Assembly (NCBI GenBank): GCA_902537445.1
Contig: CACBBI010000003.1
Span: 512 to 64,511 of the forward strand
Direction of reading: 5' to 3'
Source of the DNA: an uncultured Prochlorococcus sp.
GTDB lineage: Bacteria > Cyanobacteriota > Cyanobacteriia > PCC-6307 > Cyanobiaceae
DNA: 64,000 nt
Shown: positions 44,443-55,132 of the stretch, piece by piece
Position numbering within the stretch: position 1 is the stretch's first letter
Layout: the number at the start of each line of letters is the position of its first letter
Translations under genes and position numbers: made by a program
The notes under the pieces: model-generated
The model's database searches: none
Told to the model about the DNA's origin: nothing
The model's input: the letters and a program-made list of their open reading frames with translations, nothing else

Positions 44443-45642
44443 ATGGCTCGCGAGAAGTTCGAAAGAAACAAACCACATGTCAACATAGGTACTATTGGCC
44501 ATGTTGATCATGGAAAAACAACACTAACAGCTGCTATTACAAATGTATTAGCTAAAAAAGGTCAAGCTCAAGCTCAAGACTATGGAGACATTGATGGTGC
44601 TCCTGAAGAAAGAGAGCGTGGCATTACCATTAATACAGCTCATGTTGAATATGAAACCGAAGGCAGACATTATGCTCATGTCGATTGCCCAGGACATGCT
44701 GATTATGTGAAAAACATGATCACAGGAGCTGCCCAGATGGATGGAGCTATTCTAGTTTGCGCAGCTACAGATGGTCCTATGGCTCAAACAAAAGAGCATA
44801 TTCTTTTAGCAAAACAGGTTGGAGTTCCTGCTCTTGTCGTTGCCCTCAATAAATGCGATATGGTCGATGATGAAGAAATTATTGAACTTGTCGAAATGGA
44901 AATTAGGGAACTGTTAGATAGTTATGACTTCCCCGGAGATGACATTCCTATTGTTCAAGTTTCAGGTTTAAAAGCTCTCGAAGGTGATTCTACTTGGGAA
45001 TCTAAGATTGAAGAATTAATGAAAGCAGTTGATGCTAGCATTCCTGAACCAGAAAGAGAAGTTGATAAACCATTCTTGATGGCAGTTGAAGACGTTTTCT
45101 CGATTACTGGTAGAGGAACTGTTGCTACTGGAAGAATTGAAAGAGGTAAAGTTAAGGTTGGAGAAGAAGTAGAAATAGTTGGAATAAGAGATACAAGAGT
45201 AACAACTGTTACTGGTGTTGAAATGTTCCGAAAACTTCTTGACGAAGGTATGGCTGGCGATAATGTTGGTTTACTTTTACGGGGTGTCCAGAAAGAAGAT
45301 ATTGAGAGAGGAATGGTTCTTGTGAAGAAAGGATCTATTACTCCGCATACTCAGTTTGAAGGAGAAGTTTATGTTCTCAAAAAAGAAGAGGGCGGAAGAC
45401 ATACACCTTTCTTTGCAGGATATAGACCTCAGTTCTACATCAGAACAACTGATGTGACAGGTCAAATAACCGCATTTACTTCAGATGATGGCTCTAATGT
45501 TGAAATGGTTATGCCAGGAGACAGAATTAAAATGACTGGAGAATTAATTTGTCCAGTAGCTATTGAACAAGGTATGCGATTCGCCATACGTGAAGGTGGA
45601 CGAACTATAGGTGCTGGAGTTGTTTCTAAAATTCTCAAATAA
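44443..45642 (+). CDS. tuf: Elongation factor Tu
   Basis: [18 protein letters not shown]. Confidence 0.99.
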   Translation: MAREKFERNKPHVNIGTIGHVDHGKTTLTAAITNVLAKKGQAQAQDYGDIDGAPEERERGITINTAHVEYETEGRHYAHVDCPGHADYVKNMITGAAQMDGAILVCAATDGPMAQTKEHILLAKQVGVPALVVALNKCDMVDDEEIIELVEMEIRELLDSYDFPGDDIPIVQVSGLKALEGDSTWESKIEELMKAVDASIPEPEREVDKPFLMAVEDVFSITGRGTVATGRIERGKVKVGEEVEIVGIRDTRVTTVTGVEMFRKLLDEGMAGDNVGLLLRGVQKEDIERGMVLVKKGSITPHTQFEGEVYVLKKEEGGRHTPFFAGYRPQFYIRTTDVTGQITAFTSDDGSNVEMVMPGDRIKMTGELICPVAIEQGMRFAIREGGRTIGAGVVSKILK

Positions 45643-45690
45643 TAAATTTGAATTTTAAAAATTTAACCTCAATCATCTAAAATAGGTATA

Positions 45691-45726
45691 TGGTTAAGGG
45701 TCATTGATTAAAATGACCCTTAACTA
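45691..45726. other. Strong stem-loop between tuf and rpsJ
   Basis: GTTAAGGGTCATT-GATTAA-AATGACCCTTAAC perfect 13-bp inverted repeat; no T-tract after it on the + strand. Confidence 0.85.
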
Positions 45727-45742
45727 AAAGTTATTTGAAATT

Positions 45743-46063
45743 ATGACTGCTTCAATTGCACAACAAAAAATAAGAATAAGACTTAAAGCATTTGATAGAA
45801 GAATGCTTGACTTATCTTGCGACAAAATAATTCAAACTGCTGATACTACTTCTGCCTCAGCAATAGGTCCAATACCTTTACCTACAAAAAGGAAGATTTA
45901 TTGTGTCCTAAGATCACCACATGTTGATAAAGATTCTAGAGAGCATTTTGAAACAAGAACACATCGAAGAATAATAGATATCTACAGTCCTTCTGCGAAA
46001 ACTATTGATGCTTTAATGAAACTAGATCTGCCTAGTGGTGTAGATATAGAAGTTAAACTTTAA
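45743..46063 (+). CDS. rpsJ: 30S ribosomal protein S10
   Basis: [29 protein letters not shown]. Confidence 0.99.
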   Translation: MTASIAQQKIRIRLKAFDRRMLDLSCDKIIQTADTTSASAIGPIPLPTKRKIYCVLRSPHVDKDSREHFETRTHRRIIDIYSPSAKTIDALMKLDLPSGVDIEVKL

Positions 46064-46119
46064 TAAATCCCGAAACCGCCCTAAATTGATTAGTATAAAA
46101 AAAACAAAATGAGGTATAG

Positions 46120-46776
46120 ATGGGAGAACTCTCAGTAAGGGAATTACCTTTATTTCCTTTGCCAGATGTAGTCCTTTTTCCTCAAGAAGTATTGCCTTTA
46201 CATATTTTTGAATCGAGATATAAGATTATGCTCCAATCTGTTCTTGAAGGTGATTCTATGTTTGGAGTGATTAAGTGGGATCCAACTACTAAAAGTATGG
46301 CTAATGTGGGATGTTGCGCACAAATTTTAAAACATCAAACTGCAGAGGATGGGAGAAGTAATATTATCACTCTCGGCCAACAAAGATTTCAAGTTTTAGA
46401 AATTACCCGCTCGAAGCCATTTTGTTCTGCGATGGTTAGTTGGATTAGTGATGATAATATTGATGACTTCCAAAAATTAGATTCTCTAAAAGATTCAGTA
46501 AAAGAAGCACTAAGTGATGTTATTAATTTAACGAGTAAATTGACTAATACCAAGAAAAATCTACCTGATAAATTACCTGATAACCCAATGGATTTATCAT
46601 TTTGGATAGGAGCTCATTTGGGCGGTCCTGTTGCGGAAGAACAGCAAAGACTTCTTGAAGAGAGAAATACTTTTACCCGTTTGCAAAGAGAATATGAAAT
46701 GCTTGATCATACAAGAAAACAACTTGCAGCAAGAACTGCATTGAAAGAGAGTTTTCCTGATATAAAAGAAAATTAA
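46120..46776 (+). CDS. Lon N-terminal substrate-binding-domain protein (no ATPase or protease domain)
   Basis: LPLFPLPDVVLFP..LPLHIFESRY, VGC, DGRSNI...GQQRF. Confidence 0.9.
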   Translation: MGELSVRELPLFPLPDVVLFPQEVLPLHIFESRYKIMLQSVLEGDSMFGVIKWDPTTKSMANVGCCAQILKHQTAEDGRSNIITLGQQRFQVLEITRSKPFCSAMVSWISDDNIDDFQKLDSLKDSVKEALSDVINLTSKLTNTKKNLPDKLPDNPMDLSFWIGAHLGGPVAEEQQRLLEERNTFTRLQREYEMLDHTRKQLAARTALKESFPDIKEN

Positions 46777-47712
46777 ATGTTTGAATTATTATTCCCTTTT
46801 TTTTTAATAGTTTTATTCTTTCTAGTCCTAGCGATAATTTGGAGAAATAATGCTAGAAAATATATTTCTTCCGGAACAGTAGCTTCTGCATATGACGCTT
46901 GGACTCAGGATAAATTACTTGAGAGATTATGGGGAGAACATATACATTTGGGTTTTTACCCCTCAGGGAAAAAAAATATAGATTTTAGAAAGGCTAAAGT
47001 TCAGTTTGTTCATGAATTAGTCAAATGGAGTGGTTTAGATAAATTACCACAGGGATCCAGAATACTTGATGTAGGTTGTGGAATAGGAGGAAGTTCTAGG
47101 ATTCTTGCAGAATATTATGGGTTTAATGTTACTGGCATTACAATTAGTCCCGCTCAAGTTAAAAGAGCAAGAGAACTCACTGCTCATGGGCTAAATTGCA
47201 ATTTCCAAGTTATGGATGCTTTGGATTTGAAATTTGAAGATGGAACATTTGATGCCATATGGAGTGTTGAGGCTGGTGCACACATGAATGATAAAACTAG
47301 GTTTGCAGATGAAATGCTTAGAACTTTAAGACCTGGAGGGTATTTAGCGTTAGCTGATTGGAACTCAAGAGATCTCGGGGCATACCCCCCATCATTTTTT
47401 GAAAAGTTAGTTCTTAAACAATTACTTGAACAATGGGTACATCCTAATTTTATTAGCATTAACGAATTTAGTAATATTCTTAGAACTAACGAAAATAGTT
47501 CAGGAACAGTTTTTTTTGAAAATTGGAATTACTATACAAATCCTTCATGGTACGACTCCATTATTGAAGGCATTCGTAGGCCCTTGGTAATTTTGTCACT
47601 TGGCCCATTGGCGATAGTGAAGTCGATTAGAGAGATTCCTACAATACTTCTCATGAATTGGGCATTTAGAAAAGGTTTAATGGAGTTTGGAGTTTATAAA
47701 TGTAGAGGATAA
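46777..47712 (+). CDS. SAM-dependent methyltransferase, probable prenylquinol (MPBQ/MSBQ-type) methyltransferase
   Basis: WGEHIHLG, ILDVGCGIGGS, WSVEAGAHM, ADWN; N-terminal TM anchor. Confidence 0.8.
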   Translation: MFELLFPFFLIVLFFLVLAIIWRNNARKYISSGTVASAYDAWTQDKLLERLWGEHIHLGFYPSGKKNIDFRKAKVQFVHELVKWSGLDKLPQGSRILDVGCGIGGSSRILAEYYGFNVTGITISPAQVKRARELTAHGLNCNFQVMDALDLKFEDGTFDAIWSVEAGAHMNDKTRFADEMLRTLRPGGYLALADWNSRDLGAYPPSFFEKLVLKQLLEQWVHPNFISINEFSNILRTNENSSGTVFFENWNYYTNPSWYDSIIEGIRRPLVILSLGPLAIVKSIREIPTILLMNWAFRKGLMEFGVYKCRG

Positions 47713-47713
47713 A

Positions 47714-48559
47714 TTAATCTAATTCAACATCTTCAGAAAAATAATTTCCAAAATCTACAAAATTCTTGCAAAGTGGCTTTAGTATATTTTTTAATTCAAG
47801 AAAATTTTTGATGCTATTTTGATTATTGATTTCTAAATCAACATAAATTATATATTCGCCTAATTCTCTTTTTGAAGGTCTCGATTCAATTTTACTCATA
47901 TTAAATCCAAAATCTGCAATATAATTTAGAGCTTTAAGCAAAGCACCAGGTTTATTTGAAATTAATGAGAAAGCAAAACTGGCGATATTAGCTAAATTTG
48001 AATTTGATTCCTTGCTCAATAAAATAAATCTAGTGCAATTTCCTGGAACATCATTAATAGGAAAGGCTAATTCTTTAAGTCCTTCGATTTGAATTAACGA
48101 TTTTGAAGCGATAGCAGCTCTGAATTTACTACCCTTGATCATCTTGACAGCTTCTGATGTTGAATTTGTAGGGAGAGGAATTGCATTTGGAAGATTCTCA
48201 GATAACCATTCTGAACATTGAGCTAATGCTTGAGGATGAGATAATACTTCTGAAATGTTTGAAAGTTCTCCATCACTAATTAATGCATGTTTTATAGGTA
48301 AAACAATTGCCTTATTGATAAAAATTTCAGGAAACTTCCAAAGGGCATCTAGAGTAGCTGTAACTCCCCCTTCTACAGAATTTTCTATAGGGACTACAGC
48401 AGCATCACAATTGTTGTACGCTATTGATTTAATGACCGAATGTAACCCATTACATGGTACAAATATAGGTGTCTGAAAATTGGCAAGCTTTGATAATATA
48501 TGGGCTGCTTTTTCTGCGTATGTTCCTTGAGGACCTAAATATGCAACTTGTTTGCGCAT
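47714..48559 (-). CDS. pheA: Prephenate dehydratase
   Basis: LGPQGT, PIENSVEG, SHPQALAQC, NCTRF, ESRP (ACT domain). Confidence 0.97.
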   Translation of the reverse strand: MRKQVAYLGPQGTYAEKAAHILSKLANFQTPIFVPCNGLHSVIKSIAYNNCDAAVVPIENSVEGGVTATLDALWKFPEIFINKAIVLPIKHALISDGELSNISEVLSHPQALAQCSEWLSENLPNAIPLPTNSTSEAVKMIKGSKFRAAIASKSLIQIEGLKELAFPINDVPGNCTRFILLSKESNSNLANIASFAFSLISNKPGALLKALNYIADFGFNMSKIESRPSKRELGEYIIYVDLEINNQNSIKNFLELKNILKPLCKNFVDFGNYFSEDVELD

Positions 48560-48611
48560 GATTAATTGTAAAAAAAAAAGAGATCAAATAAGCATTGGAG
48601 GAATATAGAAA

Positions 48612-49130
48612 ATGCTATTGTCTTTTGATGCTAAACAGAAACTCAAGCTTTCTGTAACACGTAATAAAGAATATCTTTCTAAATATCTTTTGGAAGAAGA
48701 AAGAGTTGTTGGAGCAATGCTTGACTCCAAAAAATTAGTACCAGAAGGAGTAGGTAGATATAAGTATACAGTAACAAGTTTTAAGGTTTTTCAACTAGAT
48801 ATTAACCCTGTTGTCTCAATTGCGGTAGAAAATAAAGATGGAATTTTAAAAATGAGTGCCCTTGAAAGTACATTGTATGGTTTGGGGATGATAGATGATT
48901 TTAATCTTATTTTGAAAGCGAATTTGCAAGCAACTGATATTGGTTTAGAAGGTGAGGCGCTTCTTGGAGTATCTGTAAGTCAACCCCCTTTACTGAAGCT
49001 GGTACCAAGGAAAATTTTGGAATCTACTGGTCATTCGGTATTAAATGGGATTCTGTTGGGTATAAAGTCAAGGGTTCAACAGCAACTCGTAAAAGATTTT
49101 TTAGATTGGTGTGAATTAAATAAGATTTGA
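48612..49130 (+). CDS. DUF1997-family protein
   Basis: Cyanobacterial conserved protein pattern (YL....RV, PP.L.LVP...LE.TG..VL..IL). Confidence 0.75.
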   Translation: MLLSFDAKQKLKLSVTRNKEYLSKYLLEEERVVGAMLDSKKLVPEGVGRYKYTVTSFKVFQLDINPVVSIAVENKDGILKMSALESTLYGLGMIDDFNLILKANLQATDIGLEGEALLGVSVSQPPLLKLVPRKILESTGHSVLNGILLGIKSRVQQQLVKDFLDWCELNKI

Positions 49131-49733
49131 TTTTTTTAAAAAACTTTTCCTATGAAGTTTAGTGATTCCATTTTTGGTGATTAATGAAAGATGCTCTTTG
49201 GTTCCATAACCTTTATTTTTAAATATCAAGTATCCTGAGTATTTTTTTTCTAACCTCTCCATTAGATTGTCGCGAGAAACTTTGGCAACTATGCTTGCTG
49301 AAGCTATCGAGATAAACTTTGAGTCTCCAGATACTATGTTTTTCTGGATTCCATTCCATGGCCTTAATAATAAGGGACCATCAATTATTAATTCAGATGG
49401 TTTTTTTTTTAATTTTTTTAAAGCTCTTATCATTGAAAGTTCTGTAGCAATTCTGATACCTAACTTATCTATTTCTCTTGCCGAAGATTGTCCAATTGCA
49501 TAATCTGAAGAGAGTAATAAAATTTTTGGTAAAAGTAATTTTCTTTTTTTGGGAGTAAGTTTTTTACTATCTGTTACTCCTAATTGTTTTAGGATAAATT
49601 TATTTTTTTCAGTTAATACTACGGCTGCTGCAAAAACTGGACCAAAAATTGCTCCCCTTCCAACTTCATCTATTCCAACTTCGAATAATTTATTCAATGC
49701 TTGCTGAAGATCTTCTTCTTTTTTTTCTTGCAT
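49116..49733 (-). CDS. rnhB: Ribonuclease HII
   Basis: [36 protein letters not shown]. Confidence 0.97.
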   Translation of the reverse strand: MQEKKEEDLQQALNKLFEVGIDEVGRGAIFGPVFAAAVVLTEKNKFILKQLGVTDSKKLTPKKRKLLLPKILLLSSDYAIGQSSAREIDKLGIRIATELSMIRALKKLKKKPSELIIDGPLLLRPWNGIQKNIVSGDSKFISIASASIVAKVSRDNLMERLEKKYSGYLIFKNKGYGTKEHLSLITKNGITKLHRKSFLKKSNLI

Positions 49734-51516
49734 TGTTTAGCTCATCTGTAAGTTCAATTTCATCCTTTTTATCTGTAAATACAACTTCATTATTTTCATT
49801 AGTTTTATTTGTTGATTTATCTTTAGAATTTGCATTTTCTTCAATTTTAATTTGAATCTTTTCTTCTCCCGATTTTGTAATTTTTTTAATTTGTTTTTCT
49901 TTTGTTTTTTTATTATCTAAGAGTTTTTCCGTTTCTTTATTATTTTCTTTTAAACGGACAAAATTGTTGCTGGTGAGATATTCTTTACCTAACTTTATAA
50001 GTGGATTAATACCTAATTGACTGAAAACAATTTTTTCTTCATTTGTAAGATCAACTGTTACTATATTTTTTTCTTTTGAATTTGATTGGTTCAAATTAAC
50101 ATTGTCATTTTCTTTTTCTTTTTTATAAGAAGAATTCTCTTTATTCAGGTCTTTGGAGTTAATTAATTCCTTTTCAATTATTTTTTCCTGCTCATCAGTT
50201 GATTGAGAAGTATCTGTATTTGAAGATTTTAGATTGTATGGTTGGGTAGATTTATTTTCAAAATTCCTAATTTTTGAGTTAGAAATTTCGTAATTTAATA
50301 TGTTTTCTACATTTCCGGTACCATCGCATGTAGAACATTTTTTACCGAATAATTCATATATATTTTGACCTTGTCTTTTTCTGGTTAACTCCACTAAGCC
50401 TAATTCAGTAAGCTGAGCTATTTGAGGCCTAGCAGAATCATCTTTTATTGCTGAGGTAAAATGCTCAAGTAACTGAAATTGATCTCTTCTAGATTCCATA
50501 TCGATAAAATCTATTACTATAACTCCACCTATATTTCTTAATTTCATTTGCCTTGAGATTTCAACTGCTGCTTCGCAGTTTGTCCACAAAACGGTTTGTC
50601 TTGAATTCGCGGATCTTGTAAATGATCCAGAGTTTACATCGATTACTGTTAAAGCTTCAGTAGGTTCGATAATGATATAACCTCCCGAAGGAAGATCTAC
50701 TCTTGGCTGGAGAGCTTTTTGAATTGTTTTCTTAATTTCATACTTTTCGAAAATATGCTGATTTAAATTGTTATCGTGAAATTCAATATCTATATCAGAT
50801 TCATAATTTATTAAAAAATCTTTTGCCCTTGCAACTGAAAATTTACTATCAATAATAATGCTTTTAGTTGATTCTTTAATATAATCTCTTAGGATCTTAA
50901 GAGAGAAATCATCATCTCTTTTTACTAAATTTGGCGGATTAGAAGCTTCAGAAACTTTTAGTACATTTTCCCATTGTTGAATTAATTGTTCTAAATCTTC
51001 AATTAGAAGTTCCTCTTTTATTTTTTCAGCCTCTGTTCTAAATAACAAGCCTGTGCTGGGTGGTTTTGTTAAAACCCCAAGAGCTTTCAAACGACTTCGT
51101 TCTGTTTCTGTATTTATTTTTCTTGAAATATTTACTCCTTGGCCATAAGGCTGTAATATCATATATTTTCCTGGGATTGAAATACTTCCAGTTAGTCTGG
51201 GACCTTTAGATCCTGTGGGTTCCTTTATTACCTGTACTAGAACTTTTTGTTTTGGTTCTAATAATTCAGTTATTCCAAATGTTCCTTTTTTAAGTCTTAG
51301 TGGACCTAAATCTGAAACATGGATGAATCCATTTTTCTCACTTTCACCAATATTTATAAAAGCGGCATCAATGCCAGGAAGAACATTTTCAACTGTTCCT
51401 AAAAAAATATCGCCAATTTGATATTGACCTTGTGCGACGATTAATTCATCAACTCGATCATCTGTGAGTAGTGCTGCTATTCGAGCCTGCTCAGCGATGA
51501 TAATTTGCTGAGACAT
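49690..51516 (-). CDS. rne: Ribonuclease E
   Basis: S1 domain (LPGIDAAF), IDVNSG, IDFIDM, Zn-link CSTC, disordered tail ending RKKRRRSSA. Confidence 0.97.
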   Translation of the reverse strand: MSQQIIIAEQARIAALLTDDRVDELIVAQGQYQIGDIFLGTVENVLPGIDAAFINIGESEKNGFIHVSDLGPLRLKKGTFGITELLEPKQKVLVQVIKEPTGSKGPRLTGSISIPGKYMILQPYGQGVNISRKINTETERSRLKALGVLTKPPSTGLLFRTEAEKIKEELLIEDLEQLIQQWENVLKVSEASNPPNLVKRDDDFSLKILRDYIKESTKSIIIDSKFSVARAKDFLINYESDIDIEFHDNNLNQHIFEKYEIKKTIQKALQPRVDLPSGGYIIIEPTEALTVIDVNSGSFTRSANSRQTVLWTNCEAAVEISRQMKLRNIGGVIVIDFIDMESRRDQFQLLEHFTSAIKDDSARPQIAQLTELGLVELTRKRQGQNIYELFGKKCSTCDGTGNVENILNYEISNSKIRNFENKSTQPYNLKSSNTDTSQSTDEQEKIIEKELINSKDLNKENSSYKKEKENDNVNLNQSNSKEKNIVTVDLTNEEKIVFSQLGINPLIKLGKEYLTSNNFVRLKENNKETEKLLDNKKTKEKQIKKITKSGEEKIQIKIEENANSKDKSTNKTNENNEVVFTDKKDEIELTDELNNARKKRRRSSASIE

Positions 51517-51813
51517 ATAATTGATTCTGAATGATTTGGATTTTGAAAATCTTCTAAATTAAAAAAATAAATTTTATTTTTCAATAAAGCAATTTTTTTT
51601 AGCTATTATTATTTACTTTTTAAAAATTAATAAAGTTAATAGTGATTGAATTCTGCTATTTATAAAGCTTTAAACGATTTTCAAACTAATTGAAATTGAT
51701 TTCATAGCTATGATTATCTCTTAAATTAACCATAACTAAAATAATTTTAACATCTAATCACCACTAAAGCACGTTAATACATTATTCTAATATTGGTGGA
51801 ATTTTTATCTCAA

Positions 51814-53040
51814 GTGGTTCAAGTAAACGAAAATTATTTAAAACTCAAAGCAGGCTATTTATTTCCTGAAATTGCTAAAAGGGTAAAAATATATTCTCAA
51901 TCAAATAAGAGCGCTGAAATTATTAAGCTTGGGATAGGAGATGTTACAGAACCATTACCTAGAGCATGCATAGAGGCTATGGGTAAAGCTTTAGATGAGA
52001 TGGGAACAACAGATGGTTTCAGAGGTTATGGGCCAGAACAAGGTTATTCTTGGCTGAGAGAAAAAATATCTGAGCATGATTTTATTTCGAGAGGCTGTCA
52101 GATTTCACCTGAAGAAATCTTTGTTTCAGATGGTTCTAAATGCGATAGCAGCAATATTTTAGATATTCTTGGCAAAGATAACTCAATTGCTGTAACAGAT
52201 CCTGTTTATCCTGTTTATGTAGATAGTAACGTCATGACAGGCAGAACTGGAGATGCTCTTGAAAATGGTACCTATCAAGGATTAACATATCTTGCAATAA
52301 ACGAAGGGAACAACTTTCTGCCAAAACTACCTGAAAAAAAAGTTGATATTATATATCTTTGTTTTCCTAATAATCCCACCGGCGCAACTATCACTAAAAA
52401 AGAATTGAAAAAGTGGGTTGACTATGCTCTTCAAAACAAATCTCTGATACTTTTTGATGCAGCTTATGAAGCATTTATTCAAGATAATGATATTCCACAT
52501 TCAATCTATGAGATTGAGGGGGCGAAGGGTTGTGCTATTGAATTTAGGTCTTTTTCAAAGAATGCAGGATTCACTGGAGTTAGATGTGCTCTTACAGTAA
52601 TACCAAAAAATCTCAAAGGATTGAGCTCAACAAATGAGGAAATAGACTTATGGCCTCTTTGGAATAGGCGACAATCTACAAAGTTCAATGGAGTAAGTTA
52701 TGTGGTTCAGAGAGGAGCAGAGGCTGTTTATTCTCTTGAAGGTAAGCAACAGGTGAAAGGTTTAATTGATTTTTATATGGAAAATGCAAAAATCATGAAA
52801 AATAAACTTCAGAATTCAGGATATAAAGTTTATGGCGGGGACAATGCTCCTTATATATGGATTAAAGTTCCTGATCAAATGACATCTTGGGACTTTTTTG
52901 ATTTTCTTCTGCAAAAAGTTAGTGTAGTAGGAACACCTGGGAGCGGATTTGGATTGTCAGGAGAAGGTTATTTTCGTTTGTCAGCATTTAACTCACGATC
53001 AAATGTCATTGATGCAATGGAAAGAATAATTAATATATAA
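51814..53040 (+). CDS. dapL: LL-diaminopimelate aminotransferase (likely GTG start 51814)
   Basis: [42 protein letters not shown]. Confidence 0.96.
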   Translation: MVQVNENYLKLKAGYLFPEIAKRVKIYSQSNKSAEIIKLGIGDVTEPLPRACIEAMGKALDEMGTTDGFRGYGPEQGYSWLREKISEHDFISRGCQISPEEIFVSDGSKCDSSNILDILGKDNSIAVTDPVYPVYVDSNVMTGRTGDALENGTYQGLTYLAINEGNNFLPKLPEKKVDIIYLCFPNNPTGATITKKELKKWVDYALQNKSLILFDAAYEAFIQDNDIPHSIYEIEGAKGCAIEFRSFSKNAGFTGVRCALTVIPKNLKGLSSTNEEIDLWPLWNRRQSTKFNGVSYVVQRGAEAVYSLEGKQQVKGLIDFYMENAKIMKNKLQNSGYKVYGGDNAPYIWIKVPDQMTSWDFFDFLLQKVSVVGTPGSGFGLSGEGYFRLSAFNSRSNVIDAMERIINI

Positions 53041-53073
53041 TAATTAGTACAATTAAGACTCTAAAAAATTTTA

Positions 53074-53391
53074 ATGTTATCCATAAAATTAGAACAAAGT
53101 GTAAGTAATAATTCAACAGTGATTGAAAAGAAACCTGCTGAATTAAAAAATAAATCTCCAAAATACAAGGTCTTACTTCATAATGATCCAGTAAATTCTA
53201 TGGAGTACGTAACTATTTCACTACGAGAAGTTGTGCCGCAATTAAGCGAACAAGATGCTATTGCCATAATGCTTGAGGCACACAATACTGGTGTAGGTTT
53301 GGTAATTATTTGTGATTTAGAGCCAGCAGAATTTTACTCAGAATCATTAAAATCTAAAGGAATTTCTAGTTCAATTGAGAAAGAGGATTAA
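53074..53391 (+). CDS. clpS: ATP-dependent Clp protease adaptor ClpS
   Basis: YKVLLHNDPVNSMEYV, MLEAH..G. Confidence 0.95.
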   Translation: MLSIKLEQSVSNNSTVIEKKPAELKNKSPKYKVLLHNDPVNSMEYVTISLREVVPQLSEQDAIAIMLEAHNTGVGLVIICDLEPAEFYSESLKSKGISSSIEKED

Positions 53392-53406
53392 TAAAGGTTG
53401 AATTTA

Positions 53407-55026
53407 TTATTTAGAATAAGCTAATTTTCTTTCTGATAAAGGACGGACTTTTAATGATTCTTTTAAGGGGGATTTACCATATTCTCTCTCAAGAATGTCT
53501 ATAACTGTTTTGCCAAATTCATCTTCCGGATTATCAAAAGCTTCTAAGCAAACCTGACCAAGTTTTTTCCCTAATGAGCCTGGATTCCAAAGCAGTTTTC
53601 TCGCTGTCCAGGGCATCATGCTCATTGGATTATAATTTGGCTTCAAAATTTTATGTTCCAAGGCATACTTTTCAAGAAGAGTGTGAGGTTGCAAACCTAT
53701 AAAGAATATAGCTGGATCAACTAAGCCTTTACCAAAAATATTTTCTAATTCTCTATGGTAAGCAATTGTTTGTCTTATGGTGCTGGGCGTTTCATCAAAA
53801 ACATTAAATGAATAATTGACTGAAACATGATTCTTGAAACCTGATTTGACTAGCATTCTGCAATTATTTAATACAGTTTCAAGGTTATAAGCTAATCTCA
53901 TTTTTCTAACAAGTTCTTGAGATCCCGACGTGATACCTATCTCAAAATAGCTCATACCTGTATCAACCATAAGCTGAGCTAACTCAGTATCAATATTATC
54001 TGCTCTGATGTAGGCGGCCCAATTTATATCGTCCCAGCCTTGATCTTTAATTGCTTTCAAAAGATTTTTTGCATCTTCAATATGTTTTTTGGCTGGAATA
54101 AACTGTGCATCAGTGAACCAAAATCCCCTTACTCCAAGATCATATAATTGCTTCATTTCTTTGATTACTTCGTTAACAGGATTAACGCGAACCTGCTTCC
54201 CCTCCACAACTGTATAAACACAGAAACAACAATTATGAGGACATCCTCTTTTTGTTTGCACTCCTACGTAGTAGTCCCCACCTTCAATATACCAATTGAA
54301 TTCAGGCCATATTGATTTAATATATTTATAGTTGCAGGCAGTTTTAACAGTGCCTGAAGGTTGTTCATGTATTAATTTATTCCGAGGTTTTTGTCCAGCA
54401 ATGTAACATCTTTCTTCCTCTATTGAATCTCCTCTAATGATTTTTTCTATGAGATTTTCTCCCTCTCCAACTGAAATAACAGTTCCTTTTGGGAGTAGAT
54501 TGCCCAATTGTTCATAGAAGACACTAACGGCTCCACCTCCTAAAATTACTTTTACGTTTTTATTGTATTTTTGTGCTCTTTTTAATCCCATCTTGACTAA
54601 AGAAGTATTTCTATATATTTCTCCATAATGAGATGCAATTAATTTTAATCCGCCCCATGAACCTCTAATTTTTTTAAGGATATTTTTTGAGTAGAAAACT
54701 TCAAAAGAATTTTGTAGGGGATTTCCACTTCTACCATCAACAGGTGCATAAATTTGTATATCTCTCCATGAAAAAATGATTAGGTGAGGTCTAAATTGAT
54801 CAATTTTTCTAGTTAAATATTTGGATACTTTATTAGATGGAATTATTGCTAGATCAATGAATTGCTGCTCTAAACTTGGAAAACATTTATGAATATGGTC
54901 TGCTAAATAAATAGGTCCTATTGGAAATATTGGATTACATGGCAATCTTACAATTAGTATTTTTCCATAATGCTTTCTTTGGTAATTTTTTTTATTTAAT
55001 TTTTCGAGCTTCAAATTAAAATTCAT
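53407..55026 (-). CDS. B12-binding-domain radical SAM protein (Slr0320-like, PSII high-light acclimation family)
   Basis: RLPCNPIFPIGP, GGGAVSVF, KRGCPHNCCFC (CxxxCxxC). Confidence 0.85.
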   Translation of the reverse strand: MNFNLKLEKLNKKNYQRKHYGKILIVRLPCNPIFPIGPIYLADHIHKCFPSLEQQFIDLAIIPSNKVSKYLTRKIDQFRPHLIIFSWRDIQIYAPVDGRSGNPLQNSFEVFYSKNILKKIRGSWGGLKLIASHYGEIYRNTSLVKMGLKRAQKYNKNVKVILGGGAVSVFYEQLGNLLPKGTVISVGEGENLIEKIIRGDSIEEERCYIAGQKPRNKLIHEQPSGTVKTACNYKYIKSIWPEFNWYIEGGDYYVGVQTKRGCPHNCCFCVYTVVEGKQVRVNPVNEVIKEMKQLYDLGVRGFWFTDAQFIPAKKHIEDAKNLLKAIKDQGWDDINWAAYIRADNIDTELAQLMVDTGMSYFEIGITSGSQELVRKMRLAYNLETVLNNCRMLVKSGFKNHVSVNYSFNVFDETPSTIRQTIAYHRELENIFGKGLVDPAIFFIGLQPHTLLEKYALEHKILKPNYNPMSMMPWTARKLLWNPGSLGKKLGQVCLEAFDNPEDEFGKTVIDILEREYGKSPLKESLKVRPLSERKLAYSK

Positions 55027-55132
55027 GTCATGAAATTTAATGGATTTATTTCCCTTAAGAATCTAACTACTTTATTACTAATTTGGAGAAATTAAAAATA
55101 CTAAGAAAATACTCGCGAAAATTTTATTTAAT

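Noticed and set aside
53046-53060. AGTACAATTAAGACT before clpS as a LexA box
   Set aside because: The right half-site and spacing do not fit.
55027-55132. att-like duplicate of the tRNA-Thr 3' end bounding an integrated element
   Set aside because: No copy of the tRNA end seen and no integrase, so no mobile element was called.
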